From: an uncultured Acidimicrobiaceae bacterium
Lineage (GTDB): Bacteria; Actinomycetota; Acidimicrobiia; Acidimicrobiales; VFJN01
Direction of reading: 5' to 3'
DNA: 42,475 bases
Assembly (NCBI GenBank): GCA_964448525.1
Contig: CAYUXB010000004.1
Coordinates: 1 to 42,475 of the forward strand
The notes beneath the pieces were generated by a model that did no database searches, had not been told where the DNA came from, and was given only the letters and a program-made list of their open reading frames with translations. Shown piece by piece: positions 16,329 through 24,203 of the stretch; within the stretch, counting starts at the first letter, position 1; the number at the start of each line of letters is the position of its first letter. The translations under genes were made by a program, and so were the position numbers.

Positions 16329-17462
16329 ATGCGCACCGAGATCTGCGAGAAGCTGGGCATCGAGTTCCCGATCTTCGCCTTCAGCCACTGCCGCGACGTC
16401 GTCGCCGCCGTGTCGAAGGCCGGGGGCCTCGGCGTGCTCGGCGCCGTCGGGTTCAGCCCCGAGGACCTCGAGGTCGAGCTCAAGTGGCTCGACGAGAACA
16501 TCGGCGACAAGCCCTACGGCGTCGACATCGTCATCCCCTCGAAGTACGAGGGCATGGACATCGACGACATGTCGCCCGAGGACCTCGAGGCCGAGATGGC
16601 CAAGCACATCCCGCAGGGCCACCGCGACTTCGGCAAGAAGGTGCTGGCCGACCACAACGTTCCCGAGCTGCCCGCCGACGAGAAGCACCACGAGCTGCTG
16701 GGGTGGACCGCCGTCACCGCCGCGCCTCAGGTCGAGGCCATCCTCCGCCACGACAAGGCCAAGCTGGTCGCCAACGCCCTCGGCACCCCGCCGGCCGACA
16801 TCGTCGACCAGATCCAGTCGACGGGGCGCCTCGTGGGCGCGCTGTGCGGGTCGATCAAGCATGCGCTGGCCCACCGCGACGCCGGCCTCGACTTCGTCGT
16901 GTGCCAGGGAACCGAGGGCGGCGGCCACTGCGGCGAGGTCGCCTCGATGGTGCTGTGGCCCCAGGTGATCGACGCCATCTCGCCCATGCCGGTGCTGGCC
17001 GCGGGCGGCATCGGCAACGGGCGCCAGGTGGCCTCCGCGCTCGCCATGGGCGCGCAGGGGGCGTGGACCGGCTCGCTGTGGCTGACGGTCGAGGAGGCCG
17101 ACGTGCCGCCGGCGCAGATGCAGACCTACGTCGACGCCACCAGCCACGACACCGTGCGCTCGCGCTCGTTCACCGGCAAGCCGTGCCGGATGCTGCGCAA
17201 CGACTGGACCGACGCCTGGGAGGGCGACGAGTCGCCCGGCACCCTGCCCATGCCGCTGCAGATGATGGTGGCGCTCGACGCCGTGCAGCGTGGGCACCGC
17301 TACCCCGAGGCCGCCAAGGACGTGAACTTCAACCCGGTCGGTCAGGTCGTCGGCCAGATGAACCGCATCGAGCGCACGTCGGACGTCGTGCAGCGCCTCG
17401 TCACCGAGTACCTCGAGGCCTGCGAGCGGCTGAACTCCCTCAACGACCGCGCGCTGGCCTGA
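16329..17462 (+). CDS. nitronate monooxygenase / NPD-family flavin oxidoreductase
   Basis: ATG 16329 follows GGGAGA. Motifs: ICEKLGIEFPIFAFSH, VCQGTEGGGHCG, VLAAGGIGNGRQVASALAMGAQG. Confidence 0.85.
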   Translation: MRTEICEKLGIEFPIFAFSHCRDVVAAVSKAGGLGVLGAVGFSPEDLEVELKWLDENIGDKPYGVDIVIPSKYEGMDIDDMSPEDLEAEMAKHIPQGHRDFGKKVLADHNVPELPADEKHHELLGWTAVTAAPQVEAILRHDKAKLVANALGTPPADIVDQIQSTGRLVGALCGSIKHALAHRDAGLDFVVCQGTEGGGHCGEVASMVLWPQVIDAISPMPVLAAGGIGNGRQVASALAMGAQGAWTGSLWLTVEEADVPPAQMQTYVDATSHDTVRSRSFTGKPCRMLRNDWTDAWEGDESPGTLPMPLQMMVALDAVQRGHRYPEAAKDVNFNPVGQVVGQMNRIERTSDVVQRLVTEYLEACERLNSLNDRALA

Positions 17463-17495
17463 CAGCGCACGGGCCGCTCCCACCTTCCCTCGGGG

Positions 17496-18497
17496 CTACT
17501 TGCCCCAGGGGAGGTCGGGTTCGGTGGCGGACGCCCTGAGCTGGGCGGCGAGGGCCTCCGCATCCAGCGACTCGATGTCGTCGACATCCGACGGGCCGGA
17601 CGCGCTGTCGCCCTGCTCCGTCTCGCCCTGACGTCGGCGTGGACGGGGCGGGTCCGTGGGGGGCCCGCTGGGCGGGCGGGACGCCGGCTCGTCGCCCTCG
17701 GCGCTGCGCCGGCGCGAGAGCCGGATGCGCTTCAGGCCGCGACCGAGGCCTGGCGGAGCGGGCTCGCCCGTCTGCTCCCACTTGGGGGAGATGGTGCCCT
17801 GCTTGGCCACCACCATGTCGACCACGAACTGGTTGAACTGCATCGGATCGCTGACGCCATCGAGATCGCGGAGGCCGGAATCTTCGTTGGCGGATTCGAT
17901 GTGGAGCGTGGCGTAACCGAACAACCGGCCGGTCAGTGATTGTTCGATGGTGAGGTCGGTGACGCGGACCCAGGGGATCGAGTGGGCCCGCCGGCTGATC
18001 ACGCCCGAAATGCGCATGATCCGCGTGTCGGTGACGACGTAGCTGGTGTATCGGTCACCGAGGCGCTTGAGCACGAGGACGAGAAGCACCACGCAGAGCA
18101 CCAGCAAGAGGAACGCTGCCGCCAGCAGGGAACCACTGAAGGTGATGCCCAGGAAGAGCACGGCCACGATGAGGAAGCCCGCGAACAGCAGCGTGTTCTG
18201 GACCATGAATGACCTGAACGACGGGTGGTCGTTGTGGATCATCCGCTCGCCGTTGCCGAGATACTGGTCGATGACCTCGTCGGGCAGCGGGAGCACCCGG
18301 CGACGCATCTCGGCCAGGCCCTCGCCGAAGCGTCGCATCACGCTCGGTGGGCGTTCGACGAACTCCGAATCGTCCGGCACCGCGGCCGGATCCGGCGTGC
18401 GCCCACTGCCGGAGTAGGGATCGGAAGCTGTGTGCGGGGTGCTGGCGACCGAACCCGCGACGTCGTCCTCGCCGCGCCGCCGGCGCAGCGACCTCAC
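17496..18497 (-). CDS. membrane bPH_2 (YdbS/YdbT-like PH) domain protein with a charged C-terminal tail
   Basis: Two TM segments are followed by YVVTDTRIMRISGVISRRAHSIPWVRVTDLTIEQSLTGRLFGYATLHIES. GTG 18497 overlaps the TGA of the upstream small ORF (GTGA). Confidence 0.8.
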   Translation of the reverse strand: MRSLRRRRGEDDVAGSVASTPHTASDPYSGSGRTPDPAAVPDDSEFVERPPSVMRRFGEGLAEMRRRVLPLPDEVIDQYLGNGERMIHNDHPSFRSFMVQNTLLFAGFLIVAVLFLGITFSGSLLAAAFLLLVLCVVLLVLVLKRLGDRYTSYVVTDTRIMRISGVISRRAHSIPWVRVTDLTIEQSLTGRLFGYATLHIESANEDSGLRDLDGVSDPMQFNQFVVDMVVAKQGTISPKWEQTGEPAPPGLGRGLKRIRLSRRRSAEGDEPASRPPSGPPTDPPRPRRRQGETEQGDSASGPSDVDDIESLDAEALAAQLRASATEPDLPWGK

Positions 18498-18667
18498 GCC
18501 GTCAGGCCCCGGAAGAACTCGGTGAACTTGTCGATGGCATCTTCCAGGAAGCTGCCGACGTTGCCGAGGAAATCGCCGAACGCATTGGCGGTGCCCGTGG
18601 GGTTGTGCCACATGGACAGCACGAGGAAGGCAGCGGCGGTGACCATAAAAGCCTTCTTTGCATCCAT
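18494..18667 (-). CDS. 57-aa small membrane protein (below the 60-aa cut-off of the ORF track)
   Basis: MDAKKAFMVTAAAFLVLSMWHNPTGTANAFGDFLGNVGSFLEDAIDKFTEFFRGLTA. It has a GGAGG about 13 nt upstream of ATG 18667, G/C-rich third positions, and a stop overlapping the PH-protein start. Confidence 0.55.
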   Translation of the reverse strand: MDAKKAFMVTAAAFLVLSMWHNPTGTANAFGDFLGNVGSFLEDAIDKFTEFFRGLTA

Positions 18668-18874
18668 GTCCACTTCGGCCTCCGTCTATGCCGTGCCCTA
18701 CCCCAACAAGGGCCCAAGCAGCCCAAATACTAGCGATGTCATTCGTGCGGTGGCAATGACCTCGCGCCGCCGTGGGGGCCGCGTCGCCGTTGCTCGGATA
18801 CCCTGGGCACCGGCGAACAGCAGGGCGTGGTCGCGGTCAGCGCACCACCGTGGGCAACTGGGACACGAGCGACG

Positions 18875-20101
18875 ATGGCGGACCCGACGGGGCCGGGCGA
18901 GCACCGAGACGACGGGGACGACACGGGCGAGCACGCGCCCAGGCACCTGCCGTCCACGCCCCCGCCCGGCCGCTACCACCTGACCTACGGCGCCCAAGCG
19001 GCCGAGGGCAGGAACGGCACCGCTGTCCGCGTACCGCCGGCATCCGCACCGCCCCCGCCCCCGGCTCCGCCACGGCCACCGCCGCCGAACCTCGCCAACG
19101 GGCTGAACGCGGCGGAGGCCGACACCGGCCGGATGCCCATCGTCCATGCCCCCCCGCTCCCCGGTGCCGCCACCGACGGTCCCGGTGCGAGCGCCCCTCC
19201 AGCGACGGCGTCCGAGACCGCGGTGCACGCGCCCGGTCCGAGCGCACCACCGACCACGACCAGACCACCGACCCACGGGCCCGGCCCGAGCGCACCACCG
19301 ACCGCGACCAGGCCACCGGCCCACCGGCCCGCGGCACCCGGTGTTCCGCCCGGCTTCGGGGCCGGCCTCGACCGGCCGGATGCCGGCCCGCGCACCCCCG
19401 CTCACGCTCGGCACGGACGCGACACCGGCGACGGCAGGCGCAACGACGACCTGGGGCGGAACCACCGGGCCCCGTACGGGTACGGCGATCCCGGCAGCTC
19501 CGGCGACGACGGGGACGGCTTCGACGACGTCCACTACGACGACGAGCTCGATGACAGGGAGCGAGGCGGGGTCGCCGGATCCGTGCAGGGCCTCGCAGCG
19601 GAGGCCGTGTGGCGCTACCGCTCCGCTCCGATGCGGGTGCGGGTCATCGCCGATGTCGTGGCCGCGAGCCTGGTGCTCCTGTTGATCGTCGGCGTGGCGA
19701 TGGCGTTCCGCCAGGACGGCGGCTCCGAGCAGACGACGGCGAACACCCGTCCGATGCCCTCGACGACGGTGGAGACCACGACGACCACCACCGCCGTCCC
19801 CACCACCACGACCCTGCCCCCGACAACGACCACGGCACCCACCACGACGACGACCGCACCGCCGTCGACCACGACGACCGCCGCGCCGGCGGTGCCGCCG
19901 CCCACCGAGGCGCCCACCACGACCGCGCCGCCGGAGACCACGACGACGACCGAGGCGGTCACCTACCGCAGCTGCCGGTCGGCGAGGTCGGCCGGGGCGC
20001 TCCCCCTCTTCGCGGGCCAACCCGGCTACGGCGAGCACCTCGACAGCGACCGCGACGGCGAGGCCTGCGAGGACTTCGACGACTGGACGCGCCGGGGCTG
20101 A
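18875..20101 (+). CDS. single-pass membrane protein: Pro-rich N-terminal region, Thr/Pro-rich linker, C-terminal Excalibur Ca-binding domain
   Basis: ATG 18875 (MADPTGPG). TM segment VIADVVAASLVLLLIVGVAMAF. Long T/P tract. C-terminus YRSCRSARSAGALPLFAGQPGYGEHLDSDRDGEACE (DxDxDGxxCE). Confidence 0.75.
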   Translation: MADPTGPGEHRDDGDDTGEHAPRHLPSTPPPGRYHLTYGAQAAEGRNGTAVRVPPASAPPPPPAPPRPPPPNLANGLNAAEADTGRMPIVHAPPLPGAATDGPGASAPPATASETAVHAPGPSAPPTTTRPPTHGPGPSAPPTATRPPAHRPAAPGVPPGFGAGLDRPDAGPRTPAHARHGRDTGDGRRNDDLGRNHRAPYGYGDPGSSGDDGDGFDDVHYDDELDDRERGGVAGSVQGLAAEAVWRYRSAPMRVRVIADVVAASLVLLLIVGVAMAFRQDGGSEQTTANTRPMPSTTVETTTTTTAVPTTTTLPPTTTTAPTTTTTAPPSTTTTAAPAVPPPTEAPTTTAPPETTTTTEAVTYRSCRSARSAGALPLFAGQPGYGEHLDSDRDGEACEDFDDWTRRG

Positions 20102-20157
20102 ACGGCGGCGCCTCGGTGCCGGGAAGAACCTGGACGGCGCGCCCGTTGGAACGGCTG

Positions 20158-20826
20158 ATGACCTCCACCGCCGCTTCCTCCCCCACGTCCGGCGCGCCCG
20201 CCGGCGCCATCCCCGAGACCGTCGAGTTCTACTTCGACCCCGCCTGCCCGTGGACCTGGCTGACGTCCCGCTGGCTGGTCGACGCCGCCCGACAGCGCGG
20301 GATCGCCGTCATCTGGCGTTCGCTCAGCCTGCTCGTTCTCAGCGACGGCGAGCCGGCCGAGGAGCACGCGGACCTGGTCCATGCCGCGGCCCGCGCCCAC
20401 CGGCTCTTCGCCGCCCTCGACGCCGCCGGGCGCAACGATCTCGTGGGCGACGTCTACGCCGAGATCGGCCGGCGCTCGCACGACGGCGACGAGGACCTGT
20501 CCATCGACGTCGTGCGCGCCTCCGCCGAGGCCACCGGTGCCGGCGAGTGGCTCGCGGCCATCGACGACGACGGCTGGGACCCGATCGTCGAGGTGTCCAC
20601 CAAGCAGGCCATCGAGCTCGCCGGACCCGATGTCGGGTCACCCGTGCTCGCCCACGGCTCGCCGCGCATCGGCATCTTCGGGCCGATCGTCAACCCGGGT
20701 CCGCGCGGTGAGGCCGCGGCACGGCTGCTCGACCTCGTGCTCGAGACGTCGGCCCTCGACGGGTTCTTCGAGCTGAAGCGGGGCCGGTCCGCCGGCCCGA
20801 TGCTGCCCGCCCCGACCGCCGCCTGA
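20158..20826 (+). CDS. DsbA/FrnE-like thioredoxin-fold protein, monothiol CPWT variant
   Basis: ATG 20158. Contains VEFYFDPACPWTWLTSRWLVDA and GPDVGSPVL. It is a paralogue of 11232..11948. Confidence 0.8.
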   Translation: MTSTAASSPTSGAPAGAIPETVEFYFDPACPWTWLTSRWLVDAARQRGIAVIWRSLSLLVLSDGEPAEEHADLVHAAARAHRLFAALDAAGRNDLVGDVYAEIGRRSHDGDEDLSIDVVRASAEATGAGEWLAAIDDDGWDPIVEVSTKQAIELAGPDVGSPVLAHGSPRIGIFGPIVNPGPRGEAAARLLDLVLETSALDGFFELKRGRSAGPMLPAPTAA

Positions 20827-20904
20827 CGGAGCGGGCCAGCTCGCCGGCCGCTGCGTGGCCGGTGTCCTGCCCGACGCGCGCTCACGCCCTGCCGGGACGA
20901 ACGT

Positions 20905-21891
20905 TCACGGACCGGGCGCCAGCTGGGCGACCACCTCGTCGATGCCGTACGCCCCCGGCGGGCGGCCCTCCGCGGCGAGCTGACGGGCCAGCCGCTGGAG
21001 GAGGTCGTTCGCGGGCGTGGGCACGCCGTGCAATCGCCCGAGGAGCGCGATCTCGCCGTTCAGGAAGTCGGTCTCGACCGTGCCCACGCCGCGGGCCACG
21101 CTCTGCCACGACGACCCGCCCTGCCGGCGGCGCCCGTCGATCGGCCGCATGCGCAGCAGGTCGCCCCGCCGCTCGGCCTCCTCCTCCACGCTGGCGACGT
21201 CGATTCCCGCGGCGGCCAGCACGGCTTCCCCCTCGGCGACGAGGCGGTCGGCGACCCGGGCGCGCGCCCCGTCCGTCCGATCGACCTCCCCGGCGACGAC
21301 CTCGATGGCGTTGCCCAGGTTCAAGAGGAGCTTGCGGTACTTCCAGCGCATGATATCCGGCATCGGCTGTGCGCTGAAGGTCGCGTCCGACAGGGCGGCG
21401 GCGATGGAACGGGCCGTGCCGTCGACGCCGGCCGGGTAGCGACCGAGATCGAGGAGGCCGCTGACCGGTGTCGACCACACCTCGACGACACCGGGTTCCA
21501 GATGGCTGGCCGGCATCATGATCACCATGCCGTAGACGTCGGCGAACGAGCGGAGCACGAGCCGCTCGTTCTCGACACCGTTCTGGGCGCACACCACGCT
21601 GATTCCGGGCGGCGACGCCAGGGCGAGTTCGTTCACGGCGGCCGCGGTGTGGTGGGTCTTCATGGCGAGCACCACCACGTCGCCGGCTCGGAGCTCCGCC
21701 TCGGCCGGTGACGCGACCGCCGGCACCGGGAGCGTGACCGTGCCCCCTGGCGCGGCGAGCGTGAGACCTTTCCGCTGCAGCGCCGCGAGGTGAGCTCCTC
21801 TCGCCACCAGCGTGACGTCGTGGCCGGCCTCGAACAGCCGGCCCCCGATCGTCCCCCCGACGGCGCCGGCCCCGTAGATCATGAATCGCAT
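20905..21891 (-). CDS. 2-dehydropantoate 2-reductase family (ApbA/PanE) oxidoreductase
   Basis: ATG 21891. MRFMIYGAGAVGGTIGGRL is a Rossmann motif. MRWKYRKLLLNLGNA and SSWQS..RG..TE.DFLNGEI are family motifs. Confidence 0.85.
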   Translation of the reverse strand: MRFMIYGAGAVGGTIGGRLFEAGHDVTLVARGAHLAALQRKGLTLAAPGGTVTLPVPAVASPAEAELRAGDVVVLAMKTHHTAAAVNELALASPPGISVVCAQNGVENERLVLRSFADVYGMVIMMPASHLEPGVVEVWSTPVSGLLDLGRYPAGVDGTARSIAAALSDATFSAQPMPDIMRWKYRKLLLNLGNAIEVVAGEVDRTDGARARVADRLVAEGEAVLAAAGIDVASVEEEAERRGDLLRMRPIDGRRRQGGSSWQSVARGVGTVETDFLNGEIALLGRLHGVPTPANDLLQRLARQLAAEGRPPGAYGIDEVVAQLAPGP

Positions 21892-22022
21892 GCGCCCAGG
21901 GTGGCACGCCCTCCTGGCACGCCAGGGCGCAGGGCCGATGGGCGCCGCCGCGGCCCCCCGGCTAGGTTGCTTACCGACGCGGGGGTCAGCAGGGTCGATC
22001 CCCCGAGCCACGAGGGGGACGC

Positions 22023-23297
22023 ATGCGAGAGCAGACGGGACGCCGGCTCACGGCCATCACCCTGGCGGTCGCGCTGGGGTTGCTGAGCGCCGCCTGCTCA
22101 TCCGACGACGACGCAGATGACGCCGCGCCGGATGCGGGGACGGCGTCCGCCGGCGAGGACGGCAACGGCAACGCAGGCGCCGACCCGGCCGATGTCGAGC
22201 TCCCCGATGGCTACGAGGGCTACACGACCGAGAACTACGCCGACGACGCCCGCTGGTTGTGCAAGCCGGGCATCGCGGACGACGTCTGCAGCCGCGACCT
22301 CGACGCAACGGCGGTCGCCGCCGACGGCACGACAGAGATCATCGAGCACGAGGTGGCGGACGACCCGCCCGTCGACTGCTTCTACGTGTACCCGACGACC
22401 AGTTTCGATGAGGGCCCCAACAGCGACTGGGAACCCGCGGAGGCCGAGGAGATCCACACCGTCTACAACCAGACAGCCCGGCTGACGTCGACCTGTCGGG
22501 TCTTCGCACCGGTGTACCGGCAGGCCACCCTGTCCGCCATCGGGGGTGGCGATCGCGGGGAGGGCGTCGAGCCGTGGACCGTGGCCTACGACGACGTCGT
22601 CGACGCCTTCAAGGAGTACGTCGTCAACTCGAGCGAGGGCCGCGGCTTCGTCCTCATCGGCCACTCGCAGGGAGCGGGCATGCTCACCCGACTCATCGAG
22701 GGCGAGATCGACGACGAGCCGCTCCTGCGCGACCGCCTGGTGGCCGCGTACATCCTGGGCTCCTCGGTGCAGGTCCCCGAGGGCGACGTCGTGGGCGGAT
22801 CGTTCGCCAACGTGCCGCTCTGCGAGGACACCGACCAGACCGGGTGCGTGGTGTCGTACGTGACCTACCGCGACACCGCGCCGCCGACGTCGGAAGCCCT
22901 GTTCGGGCGCGCGGGCGATGGCACTCGCGCCGCCTGCGTCAACCCCGCCGACCTGACGGGCGGTCCGGCCCCGTTGCAGCCGTTCTTCATGGTGACCCGA
23001 CCCGAGGGCAGCCTGCTCGGGGGCGATGTCGCCCACCCCTTCGCTGACCCGGCCCGCACCAGCGAGATCGAGACGCCGTGGGTGACCTACCCGGACTTCG
23101 TCGAGGGTACGTGCGAGGACGAGGGCGACTACACCTACCTCGCCCTGTCGGTGGACGGCGACCCGTCCGATCCGCGCACCGACGACATCGGCGGTGACCT
23201 CAACGAGCAGTGGGGTATGCACCTGATCGACGTCAACGTCGCGATGGGCGACATCGTCGACCTCGTGGCGGCGCAGTCCGCCAGCTACGTGGGCTGA
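22023..23297 (+). CDS. DUF3089-type alpha/beta-hydrolase-like lipoprotein
   Basis: Lipobox LGLLSAAC, plus DCFYVYPT, FAPVYRQAT and LIGHSQGAGML. Confidence 0.8.
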   Translation: MREQTGRRLTAITLAVALGLLSAACSSDDDADDAAPDAGTASAGEDGNGNAGADPADVELPDGYEGYTTENYADDARWLCKPGIADDVCSRDLDATAVAADGTTEIIEHEVADDPPVDCFYVYPTTSFDEGPNSDWEPAEAEEIHTVYNQTARLTSTCRVFAPVYRQATLSAIGGGDRGEGVEPWTVAYDDVVDAFKEYVVNSSEGRGFVLIGHSQGAGMLTRLIEGEIDDEPLLRDRLVAAYILGSSVQVPEGDVVGGSFANVPLCEDTDQTGCVVSYVTYRDTAPPTSEALFGRAGDGTRAACVNPADLTGGPAPLQPFFMVTRPEGSLLGGDVAHPFADPARTSEIETPWVTYPDFVEGTCEDEGDYTYLALSVDGDPSDPRTDDIGGDLNEQWGMHLIDVNVAMGDIVDLVAAQSASYVG

Positions 23298-23301
23298 CCG
23301 G

Positions 23302-23386
23302 CGGCTACCCGGGCTGGTCGGCGGCCACGCCCCGGCCCCCCGGGCTGATCGACGAACACGCCTCCGGCTACCCGGGCTGGTCGGCG
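23302..23386. repeat. 22-bp direct repeat cggctacccgggctggtcggcg x2 (23302-23323 and 23365-23386)
   Basis: Perfect copies 63 bp apart between convergent genes. The second copy contains the stop codon of the DUF454 gene. Confidence 0.8.
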
Positions 23387-23784
23387 ATCGCGGCCCGGCG
23401 GGCCAGCTCGACCTCGCGGGTCGGCACCCGCGCGCAGATGTACCAGGTGCCGACCGCGCCGGCGCCGAGGATCACCGCGGCGAGGATCGGCGCGCCGAGC
23501 GCGAGCGAGCTGAGCGAGCAGGCGACGAGCATCATCGTGATCGCCATCACCTTGGCCCGGCGCGGCATGCCCAGGCCGGCCCGGTGGTCACGCACCATCG
23601 GGCCGACACCCGGCAGGTCGAGGACCCAGCGCTCGAAGCGGGGGCTCGACTTGGCGAAGCACGCCGCGGCGAGCACGAAGAAACCTGTCGTCGGCAGACC
23701 CGGCACCACGATGCCGATCGTCCCGAGGGCGACCGCCATCCACCCGCAGGCGAACAGCCCGGCGCGGCGCAAGGTGGCCGACAT
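23368..23784 (-). CDS. DUF454 (YbaN-family) inner-membrane protein
   Basis: 138 aa with LGTIGIVVPGLPTTGFFVLAAACFAKSSPRFERWV. Confidence 0.85.
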   Translation of the reverse strand: MSATLRRAGLFACGWMAVALGTIGIVVPGLPTTGFFVLAAACFAKSSPRFERWVLDLPGVGPMVRDHRAGLGMPRRAKVMAITMMLVACSLSSLALGAPILAAVILGAGAVGTWYICARVPTREVELARRAAIADQPG

Positions 23785-24188
23785 CAGCTCACCAGTTTGG
23801 CGACGTCCTGGCCCATGAGCACGAGCAGCAGCGCGATGACCGCGAGCGCGAGCGCGGTGTAGGCCCAGCGCCAGCGGTGATCAGCTGCCCAGAAGCGACG
23901 GATGGTCGTGACGTTGAAGACGATGGCGATCATCCCGATCGGGATGCCGATCGCCGGCCCCACACCGGCCGCCAGGCCCAGAGCGGGCGCCAGGAACGGC
24001 AGAACGAGGTAGGTGAGAACGCACCGGACGGCCGACACCAGCACCGAGGTCGAGAAGGCGCGCTGGGCGGCGCCTTCCGTCGCGGTGCGCCCGTCGGGAA
24101 TCCGAAGCAGGCGGCGCATGGCGACATCGGCGGCCGGTCGGGGGGCGGTGGCCACGTTCTGCACGCCCACGAGGCTACGCCGCGCCAC
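23784..24188 (-). CDS. hypothetical membrane protein
   Basis: 134 aa with 3-4 TM segments. Its stop overlaps the DUF454 ATG (ATGA). Confidence 0.6.
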   Translation of the reverse strand: MARRSLVGVQNVATAPRPAADVAMRRLLRIPDGRTATEGAAQRAFSTSVLVSAVRCVLTYLVLPFLAPALGLAAGVGPAIGIPIGMIAIVFNVTTIRRFWAADHRWRWAYTALALAVIALLLVLMGQDVAKLVS

Positions 24189-24203
24189 CGGTTCCGACCC
24201 AAG

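Noticed and set aside
18502-18726. 74-aa minus-strand ORF from the track upstream of the PH-domain gene
   Set aside because: It is Pro/Cys/Ser/Trp-rich junk. The alternative 57-aa frame (18494..18667) has a Shine-Dalgarno, a TM helix, proper codon bias and a coupled stop/start.
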